Shown: positions 47,847 to 61,500, counted from the first letter of the whole stretch. The stretch is 63,974 nt of DNA, filler included, from Piptocephalis cylindrospora (GCA_003614145.1; 4 parts of 4 records of this genome joined end to end with filler, not necessarily neighbours in it); one strand, 5' to 3'. The notes: generated by a model not told the origin, from the letters alone. Numbers and translations are program-made.

Positions 47847-48462
47847 CCTGACTACGATCAATTTAACTAGAGTTTAGGGGCAGGTATAGGGGAAGGCGCG
47901 GGGGATTTAGGGGGGTTGATGGAGAATGGAAATATGGCAGCGGAAAGGAAGTAAGTAAGTAGGTGTGAGAGGGGATATATCGCGTGCGCTGCAGGCAGGG
48001 GGAGGGGGGCAAGTAAATAAGCCCTAACAGGTCTCTCATGCATGGGAAAGTTTGGTTTTGGCGGAGTGTAATTTGAGGTCTAGTCCTTTTTTTAGAAGGG
48101 CGGTGCTTCAACTTTGAGTTCATAATTTGGCTCACAATTTGAATTTTTAAATTTTGATGAATCCGGTGTCGTGCTGGGGCGGGGGCGCTGGGACCCTCGA
48201 ACGAGGCATCAATCCAAGCATAGGCGGAGTTGCCACGTTGCAAGGTTGGATGAAGAGGGATTGGCCAGATCTTCAATGCCAAACGAGACATTGTATGCAG
48301 CTACCAGCTTAAGATGATCTTGGCTTTCCCCCTTCTTTTCCTCCTTCCCATCCAATTCCTCCCATCCGCCCCTTCTTCCCTTCCACCATTCCCACAAGCA
48401 TCCTCGTCGTACCTCCATACCGGATTTCTCACCCACCTGTAACGTCCCATCATGCTTACCTT

Positions 48463-48562
48463 NNNNNNNNNNNNNNNNNNNNNNNNNNNNNNNNNNNNNN
48501 NNNNNNTTAATTAATTAANNNNNNNNNNNNNNNNNNNNNNNNNNNNNNNNNNNNNNNNNNNN
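48463..48562. other. Artificial contig linker
   Basis: N44-TTAATTAATTAA-N44. Confidence 0.97.
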
Positions 48563-49099
48563 CATTGGATTGTTCCGTCGACTGCCCCATCGCTACTCAT
48601 CCATTCAACCCATCTCTAGGCTTGACTGTCCGCCGCCCCTTCCCCTATTCACTACTGCCCCGATATATGGGACTGGCAGGAGCAGTGGTAACTAGTGGCA
48701 GGGCCAGTGACACAGCGCGCTCGACCGCACAGAAGCGGAGCCAGGCAAGCACCGACACGGAGAGTGACAGGCCCGTCTCGCTCGCTCAACAGTGTATATG
48801 TGTACATTGTACTGCGCTATGCTTCACCGGTAAAGAAGCAGTCAACGGAAAACGGGTGAATTTTCGCAAAGGGGAAGGTGGCATGTATGTAGGTGTGTGT
48901 ATGTAGGTGTTGCTCCTGCTGCCGCTCCTAGACACAAGGTCAGGATGAGCCCTGTCAGCCGGAAATAGAAGTCCGGTAAGCTCCGAAAAGCAGTGGTTGA
49001 TCCGAGCGATGACTCGGCGGCTGCTTCAAAGAGCCGATGGTGGTTGAGATGGGTTGAATGGATGAGTAGCGATGGGGCAGTCGACGGAACAATCCAATG
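48563..49099. repeat. Inverted repeat of at least 54 bp, left arm truncated at contig start
   Basis: 48563-48616 is the reverse complement of 49046-49099. Confidence 0.85.
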
Positions 49100-50345
49100 A
49101 GGTAATATGACAAGCATATTGTGGAATTCGGCTATGAGATTGGGGATGATTAGGAAGAGATCAGGCATATTTTTTTTCCTGATTCTGTTTCTCTATGTCG
49201 GAGGTTGGAGGCGGCAATAAGTATGTGCATATTACACGAAAACAGTTATATTGGGGGGAGGGGACACTGAAGAGGGATGGCGGGCCAACTGCCGTTACAG
49301 ACGAGATGTGCGCCAACGAGAAAAGGACAGACATTACATAGCCCCACGACCTAACCCTAAGGGCGGGGCCATGCCCTCTCGTCCCATTGAGCAATAAGTA
49401 CGTGGACTGACACCCACCTCCGCCTGTCCGCAGCCTCGGTCAAGGATGGGCCGATCCATACATCGCGCCACATAAGCACTCAGGGGAGGGGCTGATGTAA
49501 CCATCTCCCGCCCGCTCGTTACCGCTTGGAACGAGGACATGTGGGAGCAGGTAAAAATCCCTCATATCGACAGTGTTGTAGGACAAACCCAGACCTTTCT
49601 TGGTCAGGGGATGGAATGACAGAATGCAAGCTGTTTAGAATGGACTGTATGTCCCGAGCTGTGCCCGAAGGAGAAACGGCACTCGTGGTCTCTCAAGGCA
49701 ACCTGAACGTGGTGGAGTGCGTCATCGACACGTCAACAGCAGAGCAAAAGGGATAGGTTTCATGTCTGAAAGAGGAAAAGGGCGACAAACATGTCTTGGA
49801 CATACCAGGAAGAAGCGATTCAAGGAACGAATGACTGAATCAACGCCTATTCACTGGATTAGCCCCATAGTAGTAGTCAGTCTTATACACAGAAGTCGGT
49901 ACAAACCTTCCTTAAAGGCAACCAACTACTCTATCGCGCATCAATATACGCAGAGATTCATCTCTATCCGCAGAGATTCATCTCTATCTGCGGACGCATG
50001 CGAATCCTGCTGCATATGGAGCACACCCTGTCATCTGCCTTCCTTCATCCTGTTGACGGGTGTGGGGGTGGGTGTGTACATGTGTGTGCATGTGTGTAAG
50101 GGCGAGTCGGTAAAGCCTGGGTACATGGACATATCCTGACATGTATCCAATCTCCACCCTCCCATCCTCCCCGCACAAACATCCCATGTTCTGTCCGATG
50201 ATGATACAATCTCATTCATCCTAATCATCACATGCACAAACGCACACGCTACATCAACATGAACTGTCACCCGAGGACAAGACACCTAAGCCTCGAGAAG
50301 AGAGGCGTGATCCATCTCCCTCTCTTCCATCAACACATACGTCCC

Positions 50346-53300
50346 CTAGCCAAGACGGAGTCTACCAAGGCCTGCCCCGGCTTCCTTTACCGGATTTTTA
50401 CCCTCCACATCGGCCTTTTCCACTCTAGCACTAAGGGAAGGAACAGCAGGAAGATCCTTCCTCGACATCTTGGTCTCAGTGGGACCGGCTCGCTGCTGTA
50501 CTTGTTCGGCGACGAACTGATGTGATCCAGGATGCATCCGTAGGATCCGAAGGGCACAAGCTGCCACATCCACCTTGGCCTTTCTTTTCTGCCCATTTCT
50601 ATCCCGAATCGTCCCTAGATTCCGACGATGCGCCACACTCTTGTTCCGCAGCACCCTTCTCCCCTTGGCAAACGCTTCCTCCTCCGCTGCCCCAGCCGCC
50701 CTTCCATACTCTAAGAGCAGCTCATCCGTGGACATAAGGTACAATCGACCCAGTTCCTGAATGATCGGGTATCTCCCTGTCTCCAGGATATCTATACTTA
50801 CTCCATCACCTTCATCTCCACCATGAAAGTAGACCTTGAGTAACTGGATGATGGAGGAGAAGAGTGAGCCATGTCGGATGCGTCTACATCCCATTCTAGC
50901 CTCTCACCTCAATACACGTCAGAATCATCTGCAAGGCATAGGCATCAAGGGGCCTTTGTCCACTGGGCTGATCCGACAGGGGCGGGGCCATGTGATCCTC
51001 CATGGTCCGGAGGATTTCCTTCCACAGCTTGCTCAGCACCATCATAGCCACATCCTCCCGAAGGTGCTGATGGAGCGTGGACATGTTCCGGTCCAGATAG
51101 TCATACAGTGATTCCAGTGCATCATCACACTCCTTCTCCGTAGCATGTTGCTTCCCTCCATCTCCCTGGGACTTTGTGCCAAAGTATGATATCTTATCTT
51201 GGGCATACAACACCCGGAAGAGTATCTTCTTGGAGAGGCAATGCCGAAGGTATCCCGACATCTGTTATCATTGGGATACATCAGTAGGAGCCTCAGGAAG
51301 AATTTTATACTCCCTCGCACACATCTTACCTGCTCAATGATCATCCGAGCCATGTCTGCTTGGGTGCGTCGAAGGGTCCTAAAGGTTTTGCCAAAGTAAA
51401 ACCTTACATCCTCTCGCTCCCCCTCCATGCTCACCCGCAGAAGGATCCGGCCTTGCGTATCCAGCTCCACCCACATCTCATGGCTCATGTAATCATCAAG
51501 GAGGGAGGGCTGAAGATGAAACGTCCCTTGACCACACACATCATCCGACCCAATGGCATCCCGATCGTACACCGTCAGCGTCAAAGTCACCGGAGACCGG
51601 AACCGGACCTCAAATGTCTCGTCAAATCGTGGATTGCATGTCTCGTAGATGACCCGTGTCCTCCCTATCTCCTCCCCTTCCCCGAACGTCAAAACCACAT
51701 ACGGGTCCGAAAGCCCATTTCGGTCACACGCCATCAGCTCCTCTCCAAGGACCACCTTGATCGAGTAGATATGCATCCCCATCCGACTCACCGGCGTAAT
51801 GCCCGGTATGGAGAGGCCCGACATCGACGTGACAGACCCTGCACCGGACAATGGGGATCCCATTATTGAGGATCCTTCCTGTCCCGGTGTATGGTCCTGT
51901 CCCTTAGCCTCAGCAAGTACTTCAGCTACCCTATCCACCTCCAGCTCTTCGTATAGATCATCCAGGTGCTTCTGCGTTGCCTCGATGTTATTCAACTTCA
52001 CGCACGTCTCCGCCCTAAAGTGCACCGCCTCCGCCACCTTCTTGGGCCTCAGCGCCGCATCCCTTGCTCGCTCAAACCATGACTTGGGCGCTTCCCTATC
52101 CGCCGCCCCTTTCGTCTTGCTCTCTTGCTTGGGCGCATCCAAAGGTATGGTAAACCCGTAGATCTCCTGCCGAAAGAGCATCTCCATTACACTACAATAT
52201 TGCTCTACCGCTTTGTTGATGACCTGTTATTATTAAGTGGGAGAAGCAAGGTCAATGATGATGTACCCCAAGATAAACCTCATCCCCCCACCCCTACTCA
52301 ATGCATACCCTGGAGAGCTGAGTGGTAAAGTGGGCAGCATGCACTTCATCCGGCCAGTTTAGCCCCTCCAGGAAGGATACTTGCTGCCGAATGGCCGTTA
52401 ATAGATCAATCACCGAGGAAGAAGATTTGGACTCTAGGGATACTGGGACAAACTAGGTAGGGGACATGCTAGATGAATGAAAATCTTATCATAAATGTGG
52501 TACATGAATTATAATAATAATGGCCTACCTGATCCATACGAACAGCCGAGGAGACCCATTCGAGGGAAAGTCCCTCAGTAAGACGGATCCATCGGACCAC
52601 ATGAGGATAGAACCATCGACTCAAATCAAAGCTCACATCCAAACTGTATCCCATTGATCCAGAGGACGTGTAAGGAGCGGTTAGCTCAGCGTATAGACAC
52701 CACTCACTCTCTTTTTTACCCACTTCTTACTTTAAACCACTCCTTCGATGCATCCGCTGAATCAGCCTAGCTCCTCGATACAACTGAAATACCACCTCTC
52801 CCGCCCTCCCCTCTGTCTCGGCTGCCCTGGCCATTACAGGGGACTGTGTCAAGTTCTCCATCTCAAGCACATAGTACTTGAGGTACGTGGACAGTGCCAC
52901 TCCAGCCACATCCACCTCACTGTCATACAGAAAGGGATGAGATGAATCATAATCAAGGATATACACTTCTACCTTCGCATCAGGCCTTACCCAAGAATCA
53001 GTGAAGGATACCGCTTTCCCGTCTCCTTGGTTTCCATCATAATCGCCTCGGTCGTTGTCAACATCTGCATGATCTCATCGGGTCGACTTCCATCCGGGCA
53101 AATCTCATTCGTTTGCTCATACACTCGATTGTACCTTTTCGTCGCTGCTGCCTACATGACCCATTCGGAGGGAGAGGCCAATTCTATCAGTACATCGAGC
53201 TTCTCAATTAGCAATACGCCGCCCCAACTAACCTGGATGGCACAGACCACCTCTTCAATCGAAGAGGCAAGATCTGTAGAGTATGTCTGAAAGAACTCGT

Positions 53301-55302
53301 CACTGTGCACATCATCTAGGATGCATAGGTAGATCCCAATGTCCTTTTCGCTCTTTCGGTCGAAATCAAGCAGGATCTGCGCCATATATCGGATAGTCAG
53401 GCGATTCACCTCGGTGAATGCTCTGAGGATATACTTTCTCTGCAAGGAGTCAAAATGTCAGTCAGCAAATTAAAACCTTCCCCTCCTCCTCCGTAATTCG
53501 TCTTCTTCCCTACTTACATCCCCAGAAAACCATTCTCCACTATCCATGGACTTTTTCGACTTTTCCAAGTAGGCCAATGCCCTCTCCACTGACTCAATAG
53601 GTACAAGACCCTGTTCACAAGCTACCTTAATCCCATCCAAGATGCTAATTGGATTAAACAAGGAGAAGAGTCAGTCCCCTCACCTCTCCTTCAACAATTC
53701 CCCATATCCCACAGCTAAACTCACGTGATAAACCGGTAGGTTTGTCCCATCCTCCATCGGGTCCCACATTCCCGTAGGATTTGTAGAGAGGATTTAAGGA
53801 TCCACTCAGGCCGTACCTTCCCTCCTCTACTTGATCCTTTTCCCCCTGGCCCTCTCCTTTCCTCCCCAAGCCCTACCTCCCGCCTTCGCCTACCTCCTTC
53901 CTCTTCTTCCTCTTCTTCCTCCTCACTAGATGATTCCTCCCCAAGGTCCTTGGGCGCCTCTCCCGTAAAATCGGATTGGATAAAGAGGCGGGTCAGGAGG
54001 GCAAAGGCTGCTCGAGGATCCCGAGGAATGTACTCGTACTCCGTTTCATTAGGGGTTGAAGGGGCCACATCATCCATAGAAGACCGATGCATCACCTCAG
54101 GGGAGCACTGGTTCATCCCGAGTAAGAGCTGCTCCAGCATGGACCTTTCCTTGGCTTTCCACGCCTGGTACTCTTCATCGGAGGAAAAGTCCCTTGGCGT
54201 AAGAAATGGATGGCGATCCTGCGAAACAGCCACCAAACACATTTTAATATCCTGCATCGCCTTCTACTCGAGGAAAAATGGGGCAGTCAGTCTATGAAGA
54301 AATCTTCATCTCAACGCCATCTTTTACCTGTTCTGAATTACGCCTCCCAATCTCATCCATCGCCTCTCGGTGGAGGGCTTCGGGAATGTTCATGACCTGT
54401 CTTAGACGCTCACAAAGCCCATCAGAATCCACAAAGGACTGGGAGTGTTTGGGTGGGGCGGGCCTAGTCCGCGAATAGGGAGATATGGCAGAGCCTTCGG
54501 AAGAGGCGCTCGTCACACTCCGAGGTCTCCCAGCCCTTCCCTTCATGATTTCTTCGACGCCTTTGAGATCCTGCATGGCCGTAGGGAAAAAGCTTTGACC
54601 AGGAAACTCAACCATGAGACACTCCCGCGTCACATGCACAAAGGCATGAATGTACGGCGCCTGAGCCCCGGGAGCCCGTACCCCGGAAAGAACAGTGGCC
54701 TCAAGAAAGGCTGCAACCAGATCTGACATGGTTCCTGGAGACTTGGCCCGTTCCTTGAACTTTTTGTCTCGCATAACCCCAACCCCAAACCCCGCCACCG
54801 ACTGTACCACCTCAGGCTCCCGGCATCCATTTGGTAGTCGAGCCGTATTTGAGGGAAGTCGGATGGCCTCAAGACGTCGTCGAAGACTTCGATAAAATTC
54901 CTTAGGTAATCGATCCTTGGATCCACCCGTCAGTGAGGGGAATAGGGGTGATTTCCCGAGGGAAAAAAGCCCCACGCTACTCAATGGTCGATTGGACGGA
55001 GTAGTAATGGGTGGTGTTGATGTGACTGAACCGACCGAATTTGCAGAAGCCGAAGGGCTGGATGACATGCTAGTCGGACCAGGCTTCGTGATCGACGACC
55101 CAGCCGGGGTATATGTGTTCGGAGAGCTGGTCCCCGTAGGGCTCGTCGAGCTGGGTGGGGAAAGGGCAGGGCCACGGGTCTGACGAGCCACCTTTTCCTT
55201 GGAGGCCAAAACCAGACATCTCAAGGCCAGGAGATACACCTGGAAGGGATCCAGTTGTGAGGGTGGTTGCGGAAGGCTACGGCGAGCTTCAGGGTTGCTC
55301 AT
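50346..55302 (-). CDS. C2 + Munc13-homology (MUN) domain protein (Git1/YOR296W-like), multi-exon
   Basis: C2 domain IKVVLGEELMACDRNGLSDPYVVL...NPRFDETF...YDRD. MHD motifs CVKLNNIE, LYDYLDRNMSTL and LLKVYFHGG. N-terminal YIPRDPRAAF. Confidence 0.85.
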
Positions 55303-56017
55303 CTTCCCAAAATGCTGGTTAGCTGGTTGGTTGGTTACTAGTGGGTTACTGGATTTAATGGGTTAATGGGTTAATGGGTTACTGTGGAGACTGGGGTAAT
55401 GAGAGAACGGAGTATGGGAGGATAGGGAGGAAAGAAGACAAGTGAAAGCGAGAAGGAGGTAAAAGAGGGAGGATAGAGCAGGATGGAGGATAAAGCAGGA
55501 TGGAGGATGAACGGAGAGTGAAGATGAATTTGTCAAGCTATTGGCTCTGCACACTTCTCCCCATGATGAGGCCATTTTAGGTCAACTAGCAAAGACCATC
55601 CAAGTCTATAATTAGCTGTGGGAGATCAAGCGGGGGAGGGACAAAGAACAGTGTGTCGTCTTGACTAGCGCAGGGGAGCGCGGGAGGGGGGAGAATCCTA
55701 GATGGTGTAAAGGCATGAAGTGCCCAGCTGGACCTGGTGGGCGCTGTTACGGCGGAGGTATAGGGTTTCGGGACAGATGCGTGCACAAGCGTCGCCTGGA
55801 TGAGCGGCGGAGAGATGAGAGTCATAGTGTGGGCTGGCCAGTGTGATTAAGTATACGGGGGGTAGCAAGGGCAAGTCGGGGGCTTTAGTGCGGAGTCAAG
55901 GTGATCGGAGATAACACGAAAAGTGGCTGGGAAGTAGATTTGCAGCAGACTTGGGTAAGAAAGGAAAAATCCAAAAAAAGGCATAATAACGCCTCATACC
56001 AATTCATATATCGTAAG

Positions 56018-56224
56018 TGAAGCCCAAGTCATCATCTCAACATCCTAAAGAAAGATGCGATTTTTTCTTTTGTGAACTAATCAAGTGGATGAGAATGCTC
56101 AAATTATCCACAGACTTGTTACCAACTCCTGTGGATAATTTGAGCATTCTCATCCACTTGATTAGTTCACAAAAGAAAAAATCGCATCTTTCTTTAGGAT
56201 GTTGAGATGATGACTTGGGCTGAA
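56018..56224. mobile_element. Perfect foldback hairpin element, about 200 bp
   Basis: 93-bp arms at 56021-56113 and 56129-56221 with a 15-nt loop. Structure is TGAA|GCCCA...TGGGC|TGAA. Confidence 0.72.
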
Positions 56225-56431
56225 GACAATCAGCGTCTAGAAGGGTCGGGAGTCGAGCTGGATCATTGGCAAGATTGGCAATCGTGTCGATGAAAGCCCA
56301 GAGGGAGGAGTGATCATCTAGGCCGTAATGAAGGGAAGAGCCGAGGTCCAGAAGCAGCGTATGATCATAGCCAGATGAATTGCAAAGGAGATCCAGAAGA
56401 TCTAAAGGATTGAACCACTTATGAACAGCCC

Positions 56432-58047
56432 CTACAAAAACACTAAATGGTTCAATGAGAGGGAGATGTCAATAGCTCCACTTTGCCATTCCCCAGATAA
56501 TTCAAGCTCGGGAACGGACCTAGACATTCCAGGCCAGAACACTGCATCGCAGCTTTTTTTGTAGATTGTCCCCAGGTTATTCAAGGTCCGGAGTAGGATG
56601 CTATCATGAGCCAACTGGATATCCATCCCATATTGAATCATCTTCTTAGACCATGGGACTTCTACCCAGATGAATGAGAAGAAATATACGACGAGAGAGA
56701 AGGCATTAACAATGAGTAATACAGTGTATGTCAATACCAAACCCTACCCCATTCCTTACCTTCAAGAAAGGGCATTATATGCGATTCCGCATGTTTACTC
56801 CCTGCAGAAGTCATCCAAGCAAGGTGATAGGAGATGGCAAGGATGAAATAGGACAACACTTGTCGGGTCAGTCCTCGAGGGTCATGTTCAGGTTCAAAGG
56901 TACATGCCTGAGATGAGAAACAAGTCTCAGGCATCGTCCCATCATTCACTAGGGACTCATGCATATCCTTCAAAACCAGAATGAAGCCATTCTCTACTTG
57001 CTGCTGTAATTCTTTCTCCTTTAAAGCCACATTTTCATCGCCCTTCCCGGCTTCTTGTAATAATGTAGAGACACTAAATGGCGCAAATAGGATTTTTCCT
57101 ATCCCATGGAGCAATCTTATCCACCGATACCGCATGCTCTCGTCACTTTTCCACCCTTCCTATCCCCCGATGATGGATGGTTCAAGTAGATGGCGTAAGT
57201 CATTTGCAAATAACCAAAACATACAAGTCGGAAAGGGGTACTGACTTCAAAATAAGGAATAATACCCAAGGCTACATCGAGATCCTCCCTTCGTCCTTGG
57301 AGAGCTATGGAATGACAAAAGAGATATTTGATCACGGCCGAAGCCAAACCCAAGCCATCCTCTCGCACTCTTCTATCCTATAATCACATTGAGGTGAATA
57401 TACGTAGAATGATTAGATCAGTCAAACACATCTCTAGCCATCCCAAAGATACGACTCACCGAATTTGACATGGCTTCCCGAGCCCATGAGTGCATCATAG
57501 TGATCACTTCGTCAGTCACTATACGGGCTTCTACCCCTATTTTTAGATCCTTGCTACGTCTTCTCAGCTGCTGAATTACACCCTCAGCCAGCCGCAACAA
57601 GGTACAAGATGGAGCCTCTTCCATTGGTTTTGCTCCATTCAAGTTCCGAATCATTTCCCTTATACATCCTTCCGTAAAGGGTTCATTCGCCTATCAATAG
57701 ATAGGCACCGTAAGTAGATGGTGAATAAGGCATCCTAATCCTCGATTACTTCATTTCCCCAAGACCCACCCATTGTTCCAGGATTGCCTGTCGTGCCACA
57801 TATTGAACCACTGGACTAGGATGCTTTAATCCGTCCCACTATTCACAATTCATCCCAGGATCAGGTGGAGAAAAGAAGATGGCGTCAGTGACAGAGGAAC
57901 ATCATAAAAAGAAGTCACCCAAGTCAAATAACCTACTAGCTCACGCCATTCGGCATTCTCTTTCAGTCCGTTATTTAGACTAGAGGACATGCTCTCTAGT
58001 CGACGGATTCGTCCCCAAGTAGCCTCATCAGGTACTAAGTCATTCAT
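56432..58047 (-). CDS. Hypothetical multi-exon, helical-looking protein
   Basis: Chain of same-strand ORFs of 65-134 aa separated by short intron-like gaps. No family was recognised and the ends are uncertain. Confidence 0.4.
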
Positions 58048-58598
58048 GTTGGTAAAAGGTCATGGAGCAGGCAAGGAAAAAAGCATTAGTTAGGCAAACA
58101 GAATACGCGAGACGGACCATACGACGGCATATCCCATAGGATACTGATTGTGATACACATGCATACTCTGATGTGGCATCTCTGCGGAGGACCGCCGATG
58201 ATGATTATGACCGCCCTACACCCTTGCCTTCACGAATCATAAGCCAACCATTCATCAACTCATTCATATCCATCCTGTTGACACCCCACCGTTCTTGTCA
58301 TTTGCCAAAACAATGAATAATGGTTTAAAAACTATCTCTTGGCTGATAAAAAGATCCCTATTCACTCGCCCCGCCCCAATCCGCTCTAGACAATGATACG
58401 ATCGCGTTCTCCCAGCACCACCAAGGAAGGAACACGCTGGTCCGAGTAATTCCTACCCCTACCCCGAAGCTCCCTGTACACTACATCATACTGGGGAGAA
58501 TGTGGAAACAAAAAGAAACAAAAGGAAAAATAGATCGATCTCCTATCCCTACTGGATACGTCCGCCCTCCCCCCACCCCTCATCTAACGTCCTCAGCA

Positions 58599-61500
58599 TC
58601 ACCGCTTCGTGGGAGAATCGGATAGTGTTCCCATCAGATCCTCGTCGTCCAGCAAGTCATCTACAGAGTCGATAATAATGTAACGTGAGAGGAGGAGAAA
58701 GCGAGATGAGCTTTTAAACCCAAAAAAAGCTAGATCAAGATAACTTACCAATATTCATGGTAGAACCCTCAGTCTCAGCTCCATTGGAATCCTTGGAGGC
58801 TGAGGTAGTGACCTTGACGGAGGCCTCATCGTCAAACTCGGCCAGGAATCGATCCACATCCTCCATCATTCCATCCTCTTCTTCCTTCTTCTTACTACCT
58901 GTACTTGCCCGGATACGCCCACCTTCTTGGTCCCTACTTTCTCCGGTGCTTTGTTCATCCAGCCCCTCTACCTCTTGATCTGTATCATTTGTATCATCAC
59001 CACTGGAATGTTCCTCCATCCCAATGGAGGCCGAGGGAGTGAGGGGAGAGAGAGGCTGAAGGGGGGCGGGAGCACGGTGCTGTCGATGGGAGGAGGAAGG
59101 AGAGAGCAAAAGGCCATCCTCATCTTTATCATTGTCCTCCTCATCCTCCTTGACCTGGTCAAGGGCGCTTCCACGTCGATTTGCGCCTCCCCTCTGCCTC
59201 CTGACCAATCTTTCCTGCTCCTCATCTTCTTCTGCCTCCTCATCCGAGTCCTCTGTCCGGTCCACAGGCTTGATCTCCTGAAGACGCTTCCGGACATCCA
59301 TGTTGGTGAAGACGGTGAGGTCAGAGGGACGACGAGAGGATCTTCCGGCTCCGGAGTTGATCCCTCCATTTCCTGACCTGCCAGTAAGGGGATCTCCATT
59401 ACCGTACACGGTCGTGGCGGAGCTCCTTCTGGAGCTGCCCGCACTACCCGGGGGACCTCCCACCCATCGGGATCCCTCGGTCCACAGAGATTGAAAGATC
59501 TCCCGACCGAGGCTTCGTCGATCGGGATCGGGCTCCCGAAGGATAAAGGAGTCAGCCAGATCATATTCGAAGAACTGCTCCAATCTCTCCTCGGCCAAAA
59601 CCACCATACGGAAGGAGGCCAGAGAGAGCTTGATCTTAGGCACCTCCTCCACTGGGAGCCCCGCCTGGGACCGGCGAACATTGGTGAGGTTGGCCCGTTC
59701 GTCCTTGGGCCCAAGGCTCGGGACAAGGAGGGTCATGCTGGCGGTCGAGGCATTCCGACTTCGTTGTCTCCGGGATGCCAGAACATCCCCATCCTGCTCC
59801 TCTTCCTCCTGCTCCTGCTCCACACCCAGTGGGCGCTCCCCTTCTTCTCCCTCCTCACCCTCCCCCTCCCCACTGACTGTATCCTCCAACTCGGAAAATT
59901 CAATGGCCCGTCGGATGAACTGACTGACACTACCAAGGTACTCTTCTTCCGGGACCTGAGACATGAGAAACATAAAGGACTCCGATTGTTGACACACATC
60001 CTCATGGGATAGGTAACCATCATCATTGGAGTCGTGTAACCGGAAGAAGAACTCAATGCGTCCTAGCATATCCGAAGATAGGATTTCTCCAAGGCCCCGG
60101 ACCACATCCTGTAGATCAAGCCCTGTCTCCACATGCCCCTGAGGCTTAGCCCAAGACATGTAAAGGCGTCGGATGAAGGCGTGGCCCCCATCAAAGCCCT
60201 CCCGGATCCAGACACGTTCCCGAAGACCCTGGGCCGACTCCCCGGCCTGACCAGCCCCGGCAGCCCCTCGACGCAAATCCACCCGGGCCCAGGTAGCCAA
60301 GTTCCCAAGGAACTCTCGAAACATCCCGTAACTCATGCGGCCCTTGACCCTTACAGGCTCCCCAGACCCTTCCTCGGAGACCCCTTGCACCTCTTCCTGA
60401 TAGTAGAGAACCCTCTGGAACTGATCGTAGATCAGACCCAAGGTCTCCTTATCTAATCTAGCCGTGTCCGTCAGATTCCGAAGGTGAACACGTTTACTCA
60501 GGGATTCGACTCCGTGAATCACCTTGGAGGCCTGAGTACGCCGTAGATCCATGATCATGGACTCAGTCACATTTCCAAAATCTTGATAGGCCGTCAGCAT
60601 AAGTTGATGAAATCGCGTTAGGGACCGAAGGCGCGTCTGCGTGGACCTAGGATACAGGGGTTCCTCGAGACGGGCAAAGAAGGACTTGAAGACACCAACA
60701 AAAGCTCCGTCATCACGGATACCCAGGAGCTCCTCACCATTGACTTTGAGCAGGGCCAGAGCAATCTGAAAGAGAATCTTGGGACCCTCGAGGAAGAAGC
60801 AATCCAGGACGCGGAAGGCATAGGTCAGGGGCATGGAGTTGACAAAAGCAGTGAGGAACCAAGGGAGCGTGGCCACGGAAAGCTGAATGTCCACGCGGGC
60901 AAAGTGGGCATGGAGCATAGGAATGCATCTTTCCACCAGGGTTTCGAAAATAGCTTGATCTAAAATGGCCCCGTACATGGTAGTACTGTAGTACCCGGGG
61001 CACAACCGGTCACACAGGACATGAAGAAGCCAAAAGGCCTGCTCCTCCGAAGCGTAGATAAGTAGGGCACTCCCAATGATGTTCATGGCCTGGCAGTACC
61101 CTAGCTCCGGGTTGGCCCAAGCATAAGCGGAAAGGAGGCGACGTAGTGCCTGGATCCCTTCGGGGTCCTGGTAGGCGGCGTATTCGGGTAGGGACCGATT
61201 AAGATCCTTTTCAATTTCCTCGGTGGCTGCACTGTGCTCCCCCTCGTGATCTTGTAGGATACGGTCATACGTTCCGGGCTCGGAGAAGCGAAGGTGAATG
61301 GAGCCACATGACACTTCCCAAAGTTCTCCCCGTAGCATGTTGGGCAAACCGATGCGGGTAAGCCGGTGGTAGCCAGAGAGGCGGATGATGGTGAGATTAC
61401 GACCAAAATCCCGCATATATGCTTGCCAGTGTCGCTCCTTGGTCAAGTCCTTGGACTTTCTCGCATCCCCAGGAAATCCATGCGCTAGACCCAGTCCCCC

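Noticed and set aside
48209..48462. Possible last exon of a gene cut by the contig end
   Set aside because: Too short and no recognisable family.
55350..55385. TAATGGGT short tandem repeat resembling a telomeric repeat
   Set aside because: Only about three units in a 5' leader region and not terminal.
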